Source of the DNA: Cyanobacteriota bacterium
GTDB taxonomy: Bacteria > Cyanobacteriota > Cyanobacteriia > Cyanobacteriales > Nostocaceae
NCBI GenBank assembly: GCA_046045965.1
Contig: JBJOKS010000001.1
Span: 32,001-96,000 of the forward strand
Length of the DNA: 64,000 nt
Direction: 5' to 3'
The position numbers and the translations under genes are program-made. The notes under the pieces are model-generated. The model was not told where the DNA came from. It was given only the letters and a program-made list of their open reading frames with translations, and did no database searches. The stretch's first letter is position 1, and each line of letters begins with the position of its first letter. Of the stretch, positions 18,778-29,512 are shown in pieces.

Positions 18778-18846
18778 TGCCTTGGATAATGTTACTCACG
18801 GTAAAATTACACAATTTATTCCCTTACATCTAAAATAGCAAAAACT

Positions 18847-19398
18847 ATGGAATGGCTTAATCAACCTACTAATTGGTCGCATTCTGATCGGCAAATCATC
18901 GTTACAACTGCACCAAAAACTGATTTCTGGCGGATAACTCACTATGGTTTTATTCGTGATAGTGGACATTTCTACTTTGACCGAGTGAATACAGATTTTG
19001 TTGTTGATGTCAAGATCAAAGGAAACTACAAAGATTTATATGATCAGGCAGGAATTATGATTCGTGCTGACGAGAAACATTGGATTAAAACTGGAATTGA
19101 GTATGTAGATGGAGTTCAAAATTTGAGTGCTGTTGTCACTCATAACTATTCAGATTGGTCATTTACACCTTTGTTAAATCCTCCTCATATTTTTCAGCTA
19201 CGGGTTGAGCGATGTCAAGAGGCTATTCATATCGCTTATTTAGATGAACATTCTCGCTATGTTCCCTTGAGAATGGCTTATTTTCCAGTTGAACAAGATA
19301 TTCAAGTGGGAATAATGTGTGCATCACCACAAGGAAATGGATATGAGGTAATTTTTGAGGATTATCAATTAACAAAAAAAGGTGAAAAATCATCATGA
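18847..19398 (+). CDS. DUF1349 domain protein
   Basis: KTDFWRITHYGF, YDQAG, WIKTGIE, SDWS motifs. Confidence 0.85.
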   Translation: MEWLNQPTNWSHSDRQIIVTTAPKTDFWRITHYGFIRDSGHFYFDRVNTDFVVDVKIKGNYKDLYDQAGIMIRADEKHWIKTGIEYVDGVQNLSAVVTHNYSDWSFTPLLNPPHIFQLRVERCQEAIHIAYLDEHSRYVPLRMAYFPVEQDIQVGIMCASPQGNGYEVIFEDYQLTKKGEKSS

Positions 19399-20027
19399 AT
19401 ATTCAAGATTTAGCTGATGCTATCATCAAAAAGCGAACTGAATTTACAGGAGATAGAGGTTTTTTAGTTGGTGTCAGTGGAATTGATGGTTCTGGCAAAG
19501 GTTATATTACTGAAAAATTAATAACTGTTCTCAATCATCAAAATGTTAATGCTGTCTCGATTAATTTAGATGCTTGGCATAAGTTACCAAGTGAGCGATT
19601 TAATTCGGAAAATCCAGCCCAGCATTTTTACCACAATGCTTTTCACTTTGATGATCTATTTCAGCAATTAATACTACCGTTAAAAAATCAGCGGATGATT
19701 AATTTAACGACTGTGTTAACAGGAATTGCGGGTATACCAGAAACCTATAATTATCAATTTGAAAATGTGGATGTAATTGTGCTGGAAGGGATATTTTTAC
19801 TGAAGCGACCGCTCCAACATTTCTATGATTTTAAAATTTGGATTGATTGTTCATTTGCAACTGCTTTGGAGAGAGCAATTCAGCGCAACCAAGAAGATAT
19901 TTCACCAGAACAGATAATTGAGGATTACCAAACAATTTATTTTCCTGCCCAAAAGGAGCATTTGTCAATTGACAATCCTAAATCAATTGCAGACGTGATT
20001 TATATTAATGATTTGCAGTTAGTTTAA
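19395..20027 (+). CDS. Uridine kinase-like P-loop protein
   Basis: VGVSGIDGSGKG Walker A, VIVLEGIFL. Confidence 0.75.
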   Translation: MNIQDLADAIIKKRTEFTGDRGFLVGVSGIDGSGKGYITEKLITVLNHQNVNAVSINLDAWHKLPSERFNSENPAQHFYHNAFHFDDLFQQLILPLKNQRMINLTTVLTGIAGIPETYNYQFENVDVIVLEGIFLLKRPLQHFYDFKIWIDCSFATALERAIQRNQEDISPEQIIEDYQTIYFPAQKEHLSIDNPKSIADVIYINDLQLV

Positions 20028-20167
20028 TTTGTGTTTTAACAGGATGACTGGATTTGTGTATACCGTCAAAAATTCAGTTTGAAAAGCGATTTCTAATTGC
20101 CGAAAACTTTTCAAACATCCCCTTAGTAGAGACATTAAAAAAACGTCTCTACAAAATCTATAAAGTC

Positions 20168-21787
20168 CTAAACTTTCAAAGCCTGTTCTGCTTGGAAATG
20201 TAACAACAAACCATATTCCAAACCTGCAACTACAGCTTGATAGGAAGCTTCCAAAATATTTGTAGAAACTCCTACAGTTGTCCAACGTTGTTGACCATTT
20301 CCCGACTCAACTAAAGCGCGAGTTTTTGCCGATGTACCCGTATTTCCGTTCAGAATTCTGACTTTATAATCTGTCAACTCAAAATCTGCAATTTGCGGAT
20401 AAAAGTTCAATAAAGCTTTACGCAAAGCAGCATCCAAGGCGGCTACCGGACCATTACCTTCTGCTGCTTCGAGAATATTTTTACCATTTACACCTACTTT
20501 GACTGTAGCTAAAGAATTAGTAGTTTCTTTCACCTCCACTAAATCACAATGTACTTGAAAACCTTTAACTTCAAAAAACTGTTGTCTCAGTCCCAAAGCT
20601 TCATACATTAAAAGTGCAAAACTAGCTTCTGCGGCTTCAAATTGATAACCTTCACTTTCCAAATCTTTCATCCGTTGGAGAATTTGTTTAGCTTGGGGAT
20701 CATTTTTATCTAACTCCATTCCCAAAGTTCTAGCCTTAGCCAAAACATTACTTAAACCAGACTGTTCAGAAATGACAATGCGGCGACGGTTTCCCACTTG
20801 TTCCGGCTGAATATGTTCATAAGTCAACGGGTTGCGTTCTACCGCAGAGACATGAATACCCCCCTTATGAGCAAAAGCCGAACGTCCTACATAGGGTGCA
20901 TGATCATCAGGTGCGAGATTGACAACTTCACTAACAAAGCGACTAGTTTCTGTAAGTTGATTTAGCTGGTGTTCCTCGATACAGCTATAACCTAGCTTTA
21001 ACTGTAAATTAGGAATCAGAGAACACAAGTTAGCATTACCGCAGCGTTCACCATAACCATTTATAGTACCTTGTACCATCTTTGCCCCTGCCATGACTGC
21101 TGCTAGAGCATTAGCAACCGCCATTTCTGAATCATTATGAGTATGTATTCCTATTTGGGAAATTGGTGATAAGTCCCCAGTTACCTGCACAACATCTTTA
21201 ACAATTTGCGTAATTTCATGAGGTAAAGTCCCGCCATTAGTATCACATAAAACTAACCATTCAGCCCCTGCTGTTGCTGCTGCTTTTACTGTCTGTAAAG
21301 CATAATCAGGATTTTGCTTATAGCCATCAAACCAATGTTCAGCATCATAAATCACACGCCGTCCTTGAGAACGTAAATACTCAATGGTGTCGCGGATCAT
21401 GGCTAAATTTTCATCCAGACTGGTCTTGAGTCCTTCTATCACGTGCAGATCCCAGGATTTCCCGAAAATTGTCACCCAGCGCGTACCTGCTGCCAAAATC
21501 GCTTGTAACATGGGTTCATCTACAGCTTTGGTGTGGGGACGACGGGTGGAACAAAAGGGGACTATTTCGGCTTGTTTGAGGGGGTTTTCTTGGAGTTGCC
21601 AGAAAAACTGCACATCTTTAGGATTCGCTCCTGGCCAACCACCTTCAATAAATGGTATACCTAGTTGATCAAGTCTGTGAGCAATGCGTAATTTATCTTC
21701 TATGGACACTGATAAACCTTCTCGTTGAGTTCCATCGCGGAGAGTAGTGTCATAGAGCCAAAGTTGAGGAGAGGAAGTTTTGCTCAT
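20168..21787 (-). CDS. cimA: Citramalate synthase
   Basis: DTTLRDGTQREG, HTHND, GERCGNANL, FAHKGGIH, LeuA-type regulatory domain. Confidence 0.88.
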   Translation of the reverse strand: MSKTSSPQLWLYDTTLRDGTQREGLSVSIEDKLRIAHRLDQLGIPFIEGGWPGANPKDVQFFWQLQENPLKQAEIVPFCSTRRPHTKAVDEPMLQAILAAGTRWVTIFGKSWDLHVIEGLKTSLDENLAMIRDTIEYLRSQGRRVIYDAEHWFDGYKQNPDYALQTVKAAATAGAEWLVLCDTNGGTLPHEITQIVKDVVQVTGDLSPISQIGIHTHNDSEMAVANALAAVMAGAKMVQGTINGYGERCGNANLCSLIPNLQLKLGYSCIEEHQLNQLTETSRFVSEVVNLAPDDHAPYVGRSAFAHKGGIHVSAVERNPLTYEHIQPEQVGNRRRIVISEQSGLSNVLAKARTLGMELDKNDPQAKQILQRMKDLESEGYQFEAAEASFALLMYEALGLRQQFFEVKGFQVHCDLVEVKETTNSLATVKVGVNGKNILEAAEGNGPVAALDAALRKALLNFYPQIADFELTDYKVRILNGNTGTSAKTRALVESGNGQQRWTTVGVSTNILEASYQAVVAGLEYGLLLHFQAEQALKV

Positions 21788-21789
21788 AA

Positions 21790-21920
21790 GTTCAGGAGTT
21801 CAGGAGTTCAGGAGTCAGGAGTCAGGAGTTAGGAGTTAGGAGTTAGGAGTTAGGAGTTAGAAGGTAAGTATTTCTCCCCACCTCCCCACCTCCCCACCTC
21901 CCCACCTCCCCATCTCCCCA
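21790..21920. repeat. STRR tandem repeats (GGAGTTA/GGAGTCA and CTCCCCAC units)
   Basis: Directly visible tandem arrays. Confidence 0.9.
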
Positions 21921-21968
21921 TCTTCCTGTCCCCAGTCCCCCGCTGTAATTTAGTTTGGTAATTTAAAT

Positions 21969-22307
21969 ATGCCCAAGGTGATAGCTCAAGGTAAATTAAT
22001 TGAGTGTGAAAGCCAAGCCAATTTAAGGAAGGTGCTGCTAAAAGATGGTGTTGACCTCTACAACGGTGGTTCTAGGGTAATAAATTGTCGAGGTATTGGC
22101 AGTTGTGGTACTTGTGCGGTTAAGGTAGAAGGCGAAGTGTCCGCAGCGAATTGGCGTGATCAAACGCGGCGATCGCTTCCTCCCCATTCTCCTACATCAG
22201 AGTTGCGTTTAGCTTGTCAAACTCAGGTTTTAGGTGATGTGAAGGTGACAAAATTTGACGGTTTTTGGGGTCAAGGTTCTCAGATAGTTTGGACACCAGA
22301 AGGTTAA
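21969..22307 (+). CDS. 2Fe-2S ferredoxin-like protein
   Basis: CRGIGSCGTC...RLACQ motif. Confidence 0.9.
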   Translation: MPKVIAQGKLIECESQANLRKVLLKDGVDLYNGGSRVINCRGIGSCGTCAVKVEGEVSAANWRDQTRRSLPPHSPTSELRLACQTQVLGDVKVTKFDGFWGQGSQIVWTPEG

Positions 22308-22323
22308 AAAGGAGAGAAACAAG

Positions 22324-22779
22324 ATGGGTAGATGGACACCCTTAATTTTAATGGCTGGAGGCGTGGCAATTTTACTGGGTACGTTGCTTGGTATTAATTT
22401 TCCCATGGGCGGGCAGCAAACTGCTAATGTTCCTCCTGGAAGACGAGCTTCCAGCGTCCTCCCGGCGAATATTAATGTTAATAGCACTGCTACCAGGGAT
22501 GATGCTGAAGCTGCTAACAGAAATAACTCTGAAGCTGCTAACAGAAATAACTCTGAAACTGCTAACAGAAATAACTCTGAAACTACCAGCAGGAATGATT
22601 TTTCTGATGATACTCGCCGCACCAGTGTAGCTCAAAATAATGCTTCGACTGATCCGATAGGAACTTTTGAGAGTACACAAAACACAAATACTACTAATAC
22701 TTCTACTTCCGCAACAAATACTGGTTCAGGTTCAGGTAATATCAATCAAGACAAAGCGCCTATTCGTGCTTTATGGTAA
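22324..22779 (+). CDS. Membrane-anchored low-complexity N/S/T-rich protein
   Basis: N-terminal hydrophobic segment, internal 8-aa repeats, C-terminal PIRALW. Confidence 0.6.
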   Translation: MGRWTPLILMAGGVAILLGTLLGINFPMGGQQTANVPPGRRASSVLPANINVNSTATRDDAEAANRNNSEAANRNNSETANRNNSETTSRNDFSDDTRRTSVAQNNASTDPIGTFESTQNTNTTNTSTSATNTGSGSGNINQDKAPIRALW

Positions 22780-22957
22780 GGGACTGAGGACTGGTGACTG
22801 GTGACTGGTGACTGGTGACTGGTGACTGGGAATATGAATAACCTAATGACCCATTACCCATTACCCATTACCCATTACCCATTACCAATTACCCATTACC
22901 AATTAACAGTCCTAATAGGTTATTAGTTATGTACTAATGACTATTGACTATTGACTG

Positions 22958-24955
22958 ATGACTAGCGACGTTTTAATTATTGGTGGTGGCATTATCGGGT
23001 TGGCTTGCGCTGTAGAGTTGAAATTGCGCGGTACAAATGTTACTGTGCTTTGCCGTGATTTTACTGCCGCAGCCAGCCACGCCGCCGCAGGAATGTTAGC
23101 GCCTGATGCGGAAAATATCGCCAATGCAGCGATGCTATCTTTGTGTTGGCGATCGCGTGCTTTATATCCTGACTGGACAAGCAAATTAGAAGAATTAACA
23201 GCCAAAAAAGATTTAAACAGTACAGGTTATTGGCCTTGTGGTATCCTCGCTCCAGTGTATCAGGAGGCAGGAGGCAGGAGGCAGGAGGCAGGAGGTAATT
23301 TCCCCAGTCCCCAGTCTCCAAGCTTTTGGTTAGAGAAAGATGCTATTAACGAATATCAGCCAGGTTTGGGTGCTGATGTAGTAGGCGGCTGGTGGTATCC
23401 TGAAGATGGCCAAGTTGATAACCGTGCCTTAGTCCAAGTTTTGCGAATTGCGGCTGAGTCTTTGGGTGTGGAATTCAAGGATGGGGTGACGGTAGAAGCG
23501 ATCGCTCAACAACAAGGACAAGTTATAGGTGTCCAAACTAACATAGGCTGGCTTCGGGCTGGTCATTATCTTTTAACCGCTGGTGCATGGGTAAATCAAT
23601 TATTACCCTTGCCAGTGCGTCCCCGCAAAGGACAAATGCTGCGTTTGCGAGTACCAGAATTTGTGACAGAGTTACCTTTAACGCGGGTGTTATTTGGTGA
23701 AAATATTTACATTGTCCCCCGGCGTAATCGCGATATTATTTTAGGGGCAACCAGTGAAGATGTTGGTTTTACTCCCGATAACACACCAGCGGGTATTCAA
23801 AGTTTACTCCAAGGTGCAACTCGCCTTTTTCCTCAGTTAGAAAATTATCCCATCCAAGAAATGTGGTGGGGTTTTCGCCCTGCTACCCCCGATGAATTAC
23901 CGATTTTAGGTGATAGTCACTGTAAAAATTTAACTTTGGCTACTGGTCATTATCGCAATGGTATTTTACTCGCACCAGTCACAGCCGTGTTAATTGCTGA
24001 TGTGATTTTGTCACAGAAAACCGATCCTCTTTTAACTAATTTCCATTATTCACGCTTCCAAAACCCGTCATCTACGACAACATCCATGTTTACACATTCT
24101 GCTAATTTCACTAACGGACATAGTAAAAATTTATCTCTACAACCTGCGGAATTTCACTTGCAAGATTCAGGTTTAATTATTGCTGGTAAAACCTTTCAAT
24201 CTCGCCTGATGACGGGTACAGGTAAGTATCGCAGTATTGAGGAAATGCAAAACAGCGTTGTTGCTAGTGGGTGTCAAATTGTCACGGTAGCTGTGCGACG
24301 GGTACAAACCAACGCACCGGGACATGAAGGTTTAGCAGAAGCCTTAGATTGGGGTAAAATCTGGATGTTGCCTAATACTGCTGGCTGTCAAACTGCGGAA
24401 GAAGCAATTCGTGTGGCACGTTTAGGACGGGAAATGGCGAAGTTATTAGGACAGGAAGATAATAATTTTGTCAAGTTAGAAGTTATACCTGACGCTAAAT
24501 ATTTATTACCTGATCCCATTGGTACTTTGCAAGCTGCGGAACAGTTGGTTAAAGAAGGTTTTGCTGTTTTGCCTTATATTAATGCTGATCCAATGTTGGC
24601 AAAGCGTTTAGAAGATGTTGGCTGTGCAACAGTGATGCCTTTAGCCGCGCCCATAGGTTCTGGACAAGGGCTGAAAACTACTGCCAATATTCAGATTATT
24701 ATTGAAAATGCAAAAGTGCCTGTGGTGGTAGATGCGGGTATTGGTGCGCCTTCTGAAGCTGCTGAGGCGATGGAGTTGGGTGCTGATGCGTTGTTAATTA
24801 ATAGTGCGATCGCTCTGGCTGAAAATGCACCTGCAATGGCTTATGCGATGGGTTTGGCAACTGTAGCTGGTCGTATGGCTTATTTGGCGGGTAGAATGCC
24901 AATGAAAGACTATGCTAGTGCTAGTTCTCCTTTGACGGGGACTATTACTGGTTAG
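22958..24955 (+). CDS. thiG: Glycine oxidase ThiO / thiazole synthase ThiG fusion
   Basis: GGGIIG FAD motif, [11 protein letters not shown]; ThiG motifs GTGKY, LPNTAGC, KLEVI, PIGSGQG, DAGIG. Confidence 0.92.
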   Translation: MTSDVLIIGGGIIGLACAVELKLRGTNVTVLCRDFTAAASHAAAGMLAPDAENIANAAMLSLCWRSRALYPDWTSKLEELTAKKDLNSTGYWPCGILAPVYQEAGGRRQEAGGNFPSPQSPSFWLEKDAINEYQPGLGADVVGGWWYPEDGQVDNRALVQVLRIAAESLGVEFKDGVTVEAIAQQQGQVIGVQTNIGWLRAGHYLLTAGAWVNQLLPLPVRPRKGQMLRLRVPEFVTELPLTRVLFGENIYIVPRRNRDIILGATSEDVGFTPDNTPAGIQSLLQGATRLFPQLENYPIQEMWWGFRPATPDELPILGDSHCKNLTLATGHYRNGILLAPVTAVLIADVILSQKTDPLLTNFHYSRFQNPSSTTTSMFTHSANFTNGHSKNLSLQPAEFHLQDSGLIIAGKTFQSRLMTGTGKYRSIEEMQNSVVASGCQIVTVAVRRVQTNAPGHEGLAEALDWGKIWMLPNTAGCQTAEEAIRVARLGREMAKLLGQEDNNFVKLEVIPDAKYLLPDPIGTLQAAEQLVKEGFAVLPYINADPMLAKRLEDVGCATVMPLAAPIGSGQGLKTTANIQIIIENAKVPVVVDAGIGAPSEAAEAMELGADALLINSAIALAENAPAMAYAMGLATVAGRMAYLAGRMPMKDYASASSPLTGTITG

Positions 24956-25061
24956 TTAATATTTTAGATCCCTGATTTTTTGAGGAGTTCGGGGATCTGA
25001 TTTTTTGATATATTTTGATGTAACGAACCGCAGAGGCGCAGAGGACGCAGAGGAAAGAAGT

Positions 25062-25235
25062 TTATATATTTTCTTCTAATACTTTACTTTTATATTTGAT
25101 CAGATCGCCAGTATCTTTACCGTTTGCGTTGATGACTCGATATTCTTGTTTATTTCCACTATCTTTGACAACTAGGGTTTTTCTTTTATCACAAAATTCC
25201 TTACATTCATTGTTTTGAAAAAAATCGTTACACAT
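25062..25235 (-). pseudogene. 57-codon ORF coupled to the AAA ATPase, probably an internally deleted partner gene
   Basis: MCNDFFQNNECKEFCDKRK...YRVINANGKDTGDLIKYKSKVLEENI*, starts 3 bp after the ATPase stop. Confidence 0.45.
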
Positions 25236-25238
25236 AGT

Positions 25239-26528
25239 TTAGTCATCCAGATTAAATAAATCATTAAATTTGTCGTTAATTATACTGGATGCGCTATCTA
25301 TTTTTTCCGCTTGAATTAATTTTAGTTCTTCATCAATAATTGATTCATAACCATTTTCAGAAATAAAATAAGCTGAAATACGATCAGGATTAATCCAACT
25401 TTTACTATTAACAATACTTTCTACTGCTTCTCTTTCATTACCAATTTTATTTTTACCTACTTGATAAGCATATAAAAGATTATTGAAAGCAGACAAAATA
25501 TAAGGACTATGGGTGGTTATAATTATTTGATTGTTATACACATTTGCTAATAAACCGATCAGTTCTACAATATCGCTTTGGGTTTCAGGATAAAGGTGTG
25601 CTTCTGGTTCTTCAAACACCATAAATACACTCGTTTTATCTAAAATATATCTAAATATCAGCAATAAAATCCAAACTGACTCTTGTTGTCCTGAAGAAGC
25701 ATATTGTAGTTTAACATATTGGTTATTTTTAAAATAAATTCTTTCTTTATCAAGTTCAGCATTAAATCTATATTCACCTTTGAGGATTTTTTTCAATAAT
25801 GTTTTTAGCAACTCGGATAAATCAGAACCTAGATTTAAAGAAATATCTCTGTTTTCAATCAGGGTATTTAAATCATCAGTAAAGTAAGTTTTTAATAAAT
25901 TAATTCGCTCTACAAAAGATTTTGTAAAATAGTCTAATGTATCTGGATTTTTTATTTCTTGAAGTTGATCGGTTAATGTAGACATCAAACTTCTACCCGC
26001 AGGAATAAATACCGATGAGTGCGGTTCTTCAAAAATATTATAAATGCGTGATTTAAAATAATTAAACTGTAATCTTCTGTTTGATTCTAGTTCTCGTAAT
26101 TCTTCTAATGAATTAAATTTATTCTGTTGTTCTTTGGAAATTATTTTATAGTTTAAAATTTCTGTAATTAGCAGGTCTAATTCTTTCACCAGAGTTCCAC
26201 TAACTTCGATATTTGTCTTATATCTAGAACCAGAAATTTTGATATGTTTTTCTTTTGAATATTGATAGGTTAAACTAAATATATCTGGCTTAATACCAAA
26301 ATATGTGAGTATTTTTGAATGTAAATAAATAAATAATAAAGATGAATTTTCTAAGTCATTAGCATAAATATTATCAAATATTTCATCTTTAATAGACTTA
26401 AATAGAAAAATTGATTTACTTATTGTGCTTTTCCCACTTGCTTGAGGTCCAATTAACAACATTACATCTGTAACATCAGCCTCAAACTTTTTCACGGGTC
26501 CAAAATTTTCTATAGATATTCTTTGCAT
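25239..26528 (-). CDS. AAA_15/AAA_21-type ABC ATPase (AbiEii/OLD-like)
   Basis: IENFGPV, GPQASGKST, IPAGRS, ASSGQQ, FEEPEAHLYP, ITTHSPY. Confidence 0.85.
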   Translation of the reverse strand: MQRISIENFGPVKKFEADVTDVMLLIGPQASGKSTISKSIFLFKSIKDEIFDNIYANDLENSSLLFIYLHSKILTYFGIKPDIFSLTYQYSKEKHIKISGSRYKTNIEVSGTLVKELDLLITEILNYKIISKEQQNKFNSLEELRELESNRRLQFNYFKSRIYNIFEEPHSSVFIPAGRSLMSTLTDQLQEIKNPDTLDYFTKSFVERINLLKTYFTDDLNTLIENRDISLNLGSDLSELLKTLLKKILKGEYRFNAELDKERIYFKNNQYVKLQYASSGQQESVWILLLIFRYILDKTSVFMVFEEPEAHLYPETQSDIVELIGLLANVYNNQIIITTHSPYILSAFNNLLYAYQVGKNKIGNEREAVESIVNSKSWINPDRISAYFISENGYESIIDEELKLIQAEKIDSASSIINDKFNDLFNLDD

Positions 26529-26766
26529 AATTTTGATATTTCAATTTTCCTTATAAGAATAGATCAATATTAATATCATAACAAAAGTATAAACTCAAAA
26601 TATGATTGTGGATGAATATTTTATATAGTGGTTAATTTGTCAATGGTTAGCACTGAATAATTAATATAAATTAATATGACTTAATGTAACGATTTATATA
26701 TTAATGTGAGAGTAAAACTATAATATCTGTAACATTAAATAAAAGAAGATAACAAGGAAATACTTC

Positions 26767-26946
26767 ATGCCCTATACCAACGAAGAAGGCGGTCTTCTCA
26801 ACAATTTTGCCCGTGAACCCAAAGTTTATCAAGCAGAACCACCAACGGCTGGGCAAAAGCGCACCTATATTATTTTAGGAACGGCTGCTGCGCTTTTGGT
26901 AGGTGGTTTGATTTTTGTCGCCTTCGCTGTCTCTAATGTCAATTAA
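26767..26946 (+). CDS. psb34: Photosystem II assembly factor Psb34 (Ssl1498 family)
   Basis: Not in ORF track; MPYTNEEGGLLNNFAREPKVYQAEPP followed by one TM helix, 59 aa. Confidence 0.85.
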   Translation: MPYTNEEGGLLNNFAREPKVYQAEPPTAGQKRTYIILGTAAALLVGGLIFVAFAVSNVN

Positions 26947-27184
26947 AAACAAAATATTTTAATAAAATTTAATGTTTTGAGATTTTCAGGTTCCCATCTT
27001 AGGAAGAGCCTGATTTTTTTATTTTCTGCTAGAATTAAATAGGATTCAAGTATAATTAAATACTTTAATCCCGATCAATCCAGGAAAAATTGAATCATCC
27101 TGAACAAAATACATTTACTTGAAAATCAGAATAGGGAGATTTTTCAGTCAGTATGTATATTGTATCTGGGCTTTTGTAGCCACT

Positions 27185-29350
27185 ATGAGCGTGAATGAAA
27201 CTTTAACTACAGATATTTTTACCTTAAATCGGCAAGTGTATCAACGGCTAAAATTTGCTCTGAGTATAGGTTTGCGGCGACAGATATTTTTTGCTGTATG
27301 TGATGACTTACACTTAAGAAATCAAGTAGCTACTCGGTTGCATTCTACCCTAGCTTATCCAGTAGGGCAAGTGCTATATCACCCAGCTGAGACAGAAGGA
27401 ATTAGCACTCCTGCTTATCCTCGGTTAGTTACATTGCGATTGAATTTAAATGATCCAAATCCCATAGCGCAGATAAATCAATGGTTATCTAATTATCCAC
27501 CACCCATTGTTGGTGAGTCAAAAGAGATCCCAGTCCGTACTTTACCAATACCAGCATTTCAAATTGTGGGTGTGGAACTGTTAACTAAACAATCAGTCGC
27601 AGTACAACGTTTATTTCTGCATTATCTTCGATTAAGTGAGCAGTATTTTTCCAGCCAAGAAACTAGCTCATTTCTAGAAACTAGCTTGCTGTTTTGGGTT
27701 CCTCGTCCTTGGTTGTATGCTATTCAGCAGTCAGCACCCAAATTTTGGCAATGTCGAACTGGTGTGTTTATATTTGCTGGAGAACCAACACCGACAATAG
27801 AGAATAGAAGTTATCCAGAAAATTTCTCTAGTTTGCGGAGTGTAGATTTAGGCAATCTGGAGAAATCAATTATGGATGAATCAATTCCTTCGGAGGAACT
27901 TATAGACAAAAGTATCCAAGAATTCAAGTTTATTGAAGATGATGATTTTCTGGAAGATACTTCTGAAAATATTGACGATAAATCACAGTCATCATCTACA
28001 ACATCTGCTAAGAACAATATTATCCCCAATCTCTCATCTTTCTTACATATTAGTGATGAGTTGATGTCGCTAGTTAAAGCAACGATTAACCCAAATATTG
28101 ATGAAAATGCAGATGAAAACTTGCAAATAAAACAACTACTTTGGGAAATTGAACAATTAAAAATTCAGCAAGCTTCTGGGGAAGACATTGCAGTAGCTTA
28201 TCACAATTTAGGTACTTTATATCGCCTACGTATTGAACAGGAACAGTCAAGTTTAGAAAACTTGATGGTGGCTATTATTGCCTATCAGGAAGCTGTTAGC
28301 TATGATGATACTTCACCACAACTTCCAGATACTTTAAATGATTTAGGTACGCTATACTGGATGCTGCACCGCACACCAGGAGGTAATGCTGAGGGACACA
28401 CTTATATACAGCAGGGAATAGAGTTTTATCAGTTAGCAATCAAACTAATTTCTTCTGATAGTCAACCGGAAATTTATGCTCGTGTGCAGAATAATTTAGC
28501 GACTGCTTATGGTGATTTAGCAAGGTTTTCTAACCCTGTGGAAAATTGGCAAGAAGCGGTTAACGCTTACAATGAAGCACTGCGCTACCGAACAGAAGAA
28601 ATTGATCCTTTAAAGTATGCTGCTTGTCAAAATAATTTGGGAACTGCGTACTGGCATTTAGGACAATATAGCCAACCGATAGAACATCTCAAGAAAGCGA
28701 TCGCCGCTTATAATTTGGCACTTGTTTATTATAAACCCAAAGATGAACCACTCAAATATGGGATGATTCAAAATAATATTGGTACTGCTTATTGGAATTT
28801 ATCCCAATATGAAACACCATTGGAAAATTTACAATTAGCAGTTGATTTTTACCGGGAAGCTCTGAAATATCGTACACCAAATAATATTCCTACAGGTTGT
28901 GCTGCTACTCTCAATAATTTGGGAACTGCTTACTGGCATATAGCAAATTTACCACAAGTAACGAAGAACATTCGCCAAAATTTCCTCCAATTGTGCATCA
29001 AAACTTATGAAGAAACTCTCACACTGGCTAATTCCCTCAATCAAATTAATTTAAGTTTTGATGTAGTAGCAACACAGAATAATTTGGGTTTAGCACATTA
29101 TCAATTAGTCACAGATCCATCTTTCAAAGATGACAAAAAAGTTCTTTCTCAGCATTTATTATCATCTTTAGATTATCATGTAAAAGCATTGAGAGGATTA
29201 GTGAAAAATACCGAAGCTTATCACACAACTTTCAACCATATAGTCAAAATAATTCGGACTTTTCATAATGAGTTAGGTATCCAAGGACAAAATTTGGCTT
29301 TATCTAAAGTTCCTGGTAATTTAATTCCAGAAATTTTACCGAAGTTGTAG
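27185..29350 (+). CDS. TPR repeat protein
   Basis: Repeated QNNLGTAYW / AY..AL motifs in the C-terminal half; acidic linker. Confidence 0.85.
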   Translation: MSVNETLTTDIFTLNRQVYQRLKFALSIGLRRQIFFAVCDDLHLRNQVATRLHSTLAYPVGQVLYHPAETEGISTPAYPRLVTLRLNLNDPNPIAQINQWLSNYPPPIVGESKEIPVRTLPIPAFQIVGVELLTKQSVAVQRLFLHYLRLSEQYFSSQETSSFLETSLLFWVPRPWLYAIQQSAPKFWQCRTGVFIFAGEPTPTIENRSYPENFSSLRSVDLGNLEKSIMDESIPSEELIDKSIQEFKFIEDDDFLEDTSENIDDKSQSSSTTSAKNNIIPNLSSFLHISDELMSLVKATINPNIDENADENLQIKQLLWEIEQLKIQQASGEDIAVAYHNLGTLYRLRIEQEQSSLENLMVAIIAYQEAVSYDDTSPQLPDTLNDLGTLYWMLHRTPGGNAEGHTYIQQGIEFYQLAIKLISSDSQPEIYARVQNNLATAYGDLARFSNPVENWQEAVNAYNEALRYRTEEIDPLKYAACQNNLGTAYWHLGQYSQPIEHLKKAIAAYNLALVYYKPKDEPLKYGMIQNNIGTAYWNLSQYETPLENLQLAVDFYREALKYRTPNNIPTGCAATLNNLGTAYWHIANLPQVTKNIRQNFLQLCIKTYEETLTLANSLNQINLSFDVVATQNNLGLAHYQLVTDPSFKDDKKVLSQHLLSSLDYHVKALRGLVKNTEAYHTTFNHIVKIIRTFHNELGIQGQNLALSKVPGNLIPEILPKL

Positions 29351-29512
29351 GTGACTGGGGACTGGGGAATGGGGACTGGGTAGCAATTGATAATTAAGAA
29401 TTATGAATTACCACTTGTGATCATAGATAGGATCACTATTGAAACCGACTTGATATAAAATAGGTTTCTATTACCCGTTGTCTGTTTTCTGTTTACTTAC
29501 TACCCCAGACCT

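Noticed and set aside
20030..20125. Possible IS end (AAAACTTTTCAAACATCCCC)
   Set aside because: No partner end or transposase visible; too weak to call
22230..22680. Overlapping antisense and alternative-frame ORFs
   Set aside because: By-products of the 24-bp coding repeat; likewise the other short shadow ORFs inside cpc, nif and cimA genes
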